Assembly (NCBI GenBank): GCA_963718895.1
Contig: CAVRAG010000008.1
Coordinates: 352,001-416,000, forward strand
Origin: an uncultured Nitrososphaerota archaeon
GTDB lineage: Archaea; Thermoproteota; Nitrososphaeria; Nitrososphaerales; Gagatemarchaeaceae
DNA: 64,000 nt
Direction of reading: 5' to 3'
Shown: positions 61,265 to 64,000 of the stretch, in pieces
How positions within the stretch are numbered: the stretch's first letter is position 1
How the letters are laid out: the number at the start of each line of letters is the position of its first letter
Position numbers and translations under genes: made by a program
Notes under the pieces: model-generated
Seen by the model: only the letters and a program-made list of their open reading frames with translations
What the model was told of the DNA's origin: nothing
Database searches by the model: none

Positions 61265-62852
61265 TGCGGAAGTCGATGAGGCCGTGAGCACCGAGATATC
61301 GATCACGTGATAGCCCGTCGCCCCGTTGGGGAAGGGTCCGGAGACGGTCGCGGTCTGGACTGCGCCGGTCCCGTCAGTCGCTCGGACCATCAGCCGGTAG
61401 TTCCCAAGGGCGGGTGGATTCCACTGGGCCGACCAGAAGACCCACGTGTAGTGACGAGAGCGGGTCAGTCAGGGACGCCGTCGTCCAGGTCTGCCCGTCG
61501 TCCGTGCTGACCTCCACCTTGGAGACGCCCCGGTCTCCGGCAAAGGCGATTCCGGCTACGGGGACCGCGCCGATGCTGACGTTGCTCGACCCGTTGATGC
61601 CGAACCTCTGGGTGACCTGGGCGTCCCCCGGTATCACGATCTCGGACTCCGGTCTGGTAGTGGGCGTCGTTCTCCCACCCCCTGACCTGCCAGTATCCCT
61701 GGTAGACCCCGCTGACCGCCTCTATGCTCACGATCCACTTGCAGTTCATCATGCCGTACAGTCCGGGTACGATCGCCCTCAGCGGCGACCCATGGTCGGT
61801 GGGGAGGGGGGACCCGTTCATCTCGTAGGCGAGGAGCGTGCCGTCGAGCATCGCGCTGTCCATGGGTATCCCGACGTCGTAGCCGTCGACGGCGCGGAAG
61901 ACGACGTAGTCGGCGGAGGCCTGCACCCCTGCCATAGCCAGCACGTCCTTGAGCTTGACGCCAGTCCACTGTGCGGTGCTGATCAGGTCTCCTCCGATCG
62001 TGTTGCTGACGCACTCCAGGGTATTGTACTGCTCCACCACAGCCATCTGCTGAAGTTGGGCGAGGTCAAGGTTGAGTTCGGTGTTGACGAGGCCAAAGAC
62101 CTTCAGGTTCCAGGTCGACGAGTTGACCGTGGGCGGGAAGATGTTCACGTCGACCCGGTAGAAGTTGCCGTTCGAGGTCACGTTCTGCGGATAGAGCGAG
62201 TTCGGGCTGGCCTGGACGGTGGAGCCGTTTGACGGCCTGAGCAGGAAACCCACCCCGTAGACGAGTATCGCAGCGCCGACGGCCGAAGCGACCCCGGCCT
62301 TGATGAAGAGACGACGCCTCCTGTCGAACTTCTGCCCCTTGGGAGGCTGGACGGCCTTGCAGAGATCGATGGGCTTGGTGCCCCCCTTGAGCATCGTCAG
62401 CGTCGCCCCGAAGGCGAGTTGCGGTGGGGCCAGTGAGACAAGGAGGACCGGGAAGAGAGACCGGCGAAGACTGGATTGCGGTGGTGAACAGCAGGGCGAC
62501 GCCGGCGGCGGCGAGGATCAGGTAGGGGAGGAGGGAGAACGAGATGAACCTCTCGAGTTTGCCCGAGCCTTCCGAGATGCTCTTGGTCCGGAAGAGGAGC
62601 GCGCCGATGATGCCGTAGACCAGGACGTTGCCCACCACGGCGGTCGTAAAAGCAGAGTACTTGGCGAGGCTCTGCAGAGACTCGACCGCCTTCGACTCTA
62701 TGGCACCTGGGGTGAGGCTGAAGAGGGTCTGCGAAGCGAGCTCTGGCAGGAAGACCCCGCCGGCGACGACCCTGATCAAGAAGGATATGGCTAGGGCGAT
62801 TAGCGCCGCCGAGGACGCCGACAAGAAAGCCTCTCTTTGTGGAAATATCCAT
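61265..62852 (-). CDS. Membrane-bound sulfite oxidase-family molybdoenzyme (several frameshifts, end approximate)
   Basis: TLECVSN, WTGV, DHGSPLR, PGLYG, VEVSTD and RATDG motifs. Confidence 0.85.
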
Positions 62853-63044
62853 TTAATACACGCGAAGGATGCTGGGACCGAGCGACGCTACGAATATAAT
62901 GGTTTTTCCAAATCTGTTCCAATTTCGATTTGGAAAAACGCTTATCAGATAAGGTGGGGAAGATTTCACCGAATCGCTGTTTTGGGCCTCCTAGATTCAA
63001 GGCAAAAGAACCAGACCAGAACCAGTAAGGAGGAAAGCCCAACA

Positions 63045-63955
63045 ATGCGATTTCACGATTGGAATCTGCGCGACCGGGCTCTGCTCCGGTATTGCGGAGC
63101 TGCTTGACACCGTCGAGACCGAGCGGTTCCCCAGCGGCTTTTCGCTCAGCAGGATTGCAATAGTAGCCAGCGCGTGCGCCGAATCGACGCTCTCTTACCT
63201 CCGGTGGATGAACGAGACGGATCCTCGGATTGTGCTCATCGAGGAGAGCGAGAGAAGAGGGAAGGCAGATGCCGTCAATCAGGTTATCGCCGAGTCGGTC
63301 GGCGAGTACCTGGTCTTTGTCAATGCAGATGCGTTGCCGGAACGAGGCGCGTTCTCAAGGCTCCTCCGGGCGATAGACCACGACCCCGGGGCTGGTGTGG
63401 TCTCCGGGAACCCTATCACCGCGGCGAGGGGCGGGATCGCGTCTGGGATGGTCGAGCTGATGTGGGAGACCCACAACGAGTGTTCGGCTGACCTCGAGAA
63501 GACGCGCCTGGCAAACCACGGGACGGACGAGCTGATGGTCGTCCGCTCCGGGCGCGCTCGCGAGTCTTCCGCCAGGGTTGGTCAACGATGGCGCCTACAT
63601 TGCCGGCGTCGCCAAACAACGAGGGTACTCTGTTAGGTCACTCTTCAGCGCAAGGGTCAGAGTCGATACGCCGACCCGGCCCATCGATGTAATGAGGCAG
63701 CGGAGGAGGATCCTCTACGGGCACATCCAGATCTGGAGACTTGTCGGGGAGGCTCCAAGGACGGCGGAGTCACTGATACTTCTCTCCCCCGGTCAGGGGT
63801 TCCGCGTCGTCGCAAAGGCGATCGCAAAGCATCCCCGGCTTCTCCTTGCGCTGCCGTTCGCCTCCGTGAGCGAACTGATATCGCTGCTCGGCGCCATGCG
63901 CGACACTCTGAGTCCCAGAAAGAAGCACGCGGTGTGGGAGCGATTTGGGGACTAG
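63045..63955 (+). CDS. GT2-family glycosyltransferase (frameshifted)
   Basis: GKADAVN, NADA, VNDG and RQRRR motifs across frames. Confidence 0.8.
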
Positions 63956-64000
63956 CGGCCGCCTCTTCGCCATAGGGGACAGAGAGCTGGCGGAGATATC

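Noticed and set aside
61004-61390. Fusion of the sulfite oxidase C-terminus with the zincin
   Set aside because: The region has several indels, so a lost stop codon is more likely than a real fusion.
1-64000. Many long overlapping or antisense ORFs; CRISPR arrays; rRNA
   Set aside because: Shadow ORFs are expected from high GC at third codon positions. I saw no regularly spaced repeats or rRNA signatures.

Overview
This is a GC-rich archaeal chromosome segment. The rpoH-rpoB-rpoA-rpl30e-nusA-rps12-rps7 operon has an unsplit A'/A'' subunit, and many genes have TATA boxes close to their start codons. This points to a non-ammonia-oxidising, probably heterotrophic and acid-tolerant Nitrososphaerota/Thaumarchaeota-type organism (inference). 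Scattered small indels break even essential genes (rps7, rpoA, rpoB) and are most likely sequencing errors. The window holds a KaiC/GvpD-like ATPase operon, a ~21 kb sugar-acid/2-oxoacid catabolic cluster with two E1 sets, an aconitase carrying a 523-aa LAGLIDADG intein, transsulfuration genes, tRNA-Leu(TAG) with a 2.6 kb integrase-less island encoding a G1 peptidase, and several protease-related genes. Features missing from the ORF track include a 40-aa hydrophobic peptide gene facing a tandem Lrp/AsnC regulator (candidate peptide-signalling module), a 257-bp IS6-like MITE with a perfect 8-bp target duplication, a PadR operator, att remnants, a cupin pseudogene and two more small membrane ORFs. 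All family assignments come from motif recognition, not database searches.
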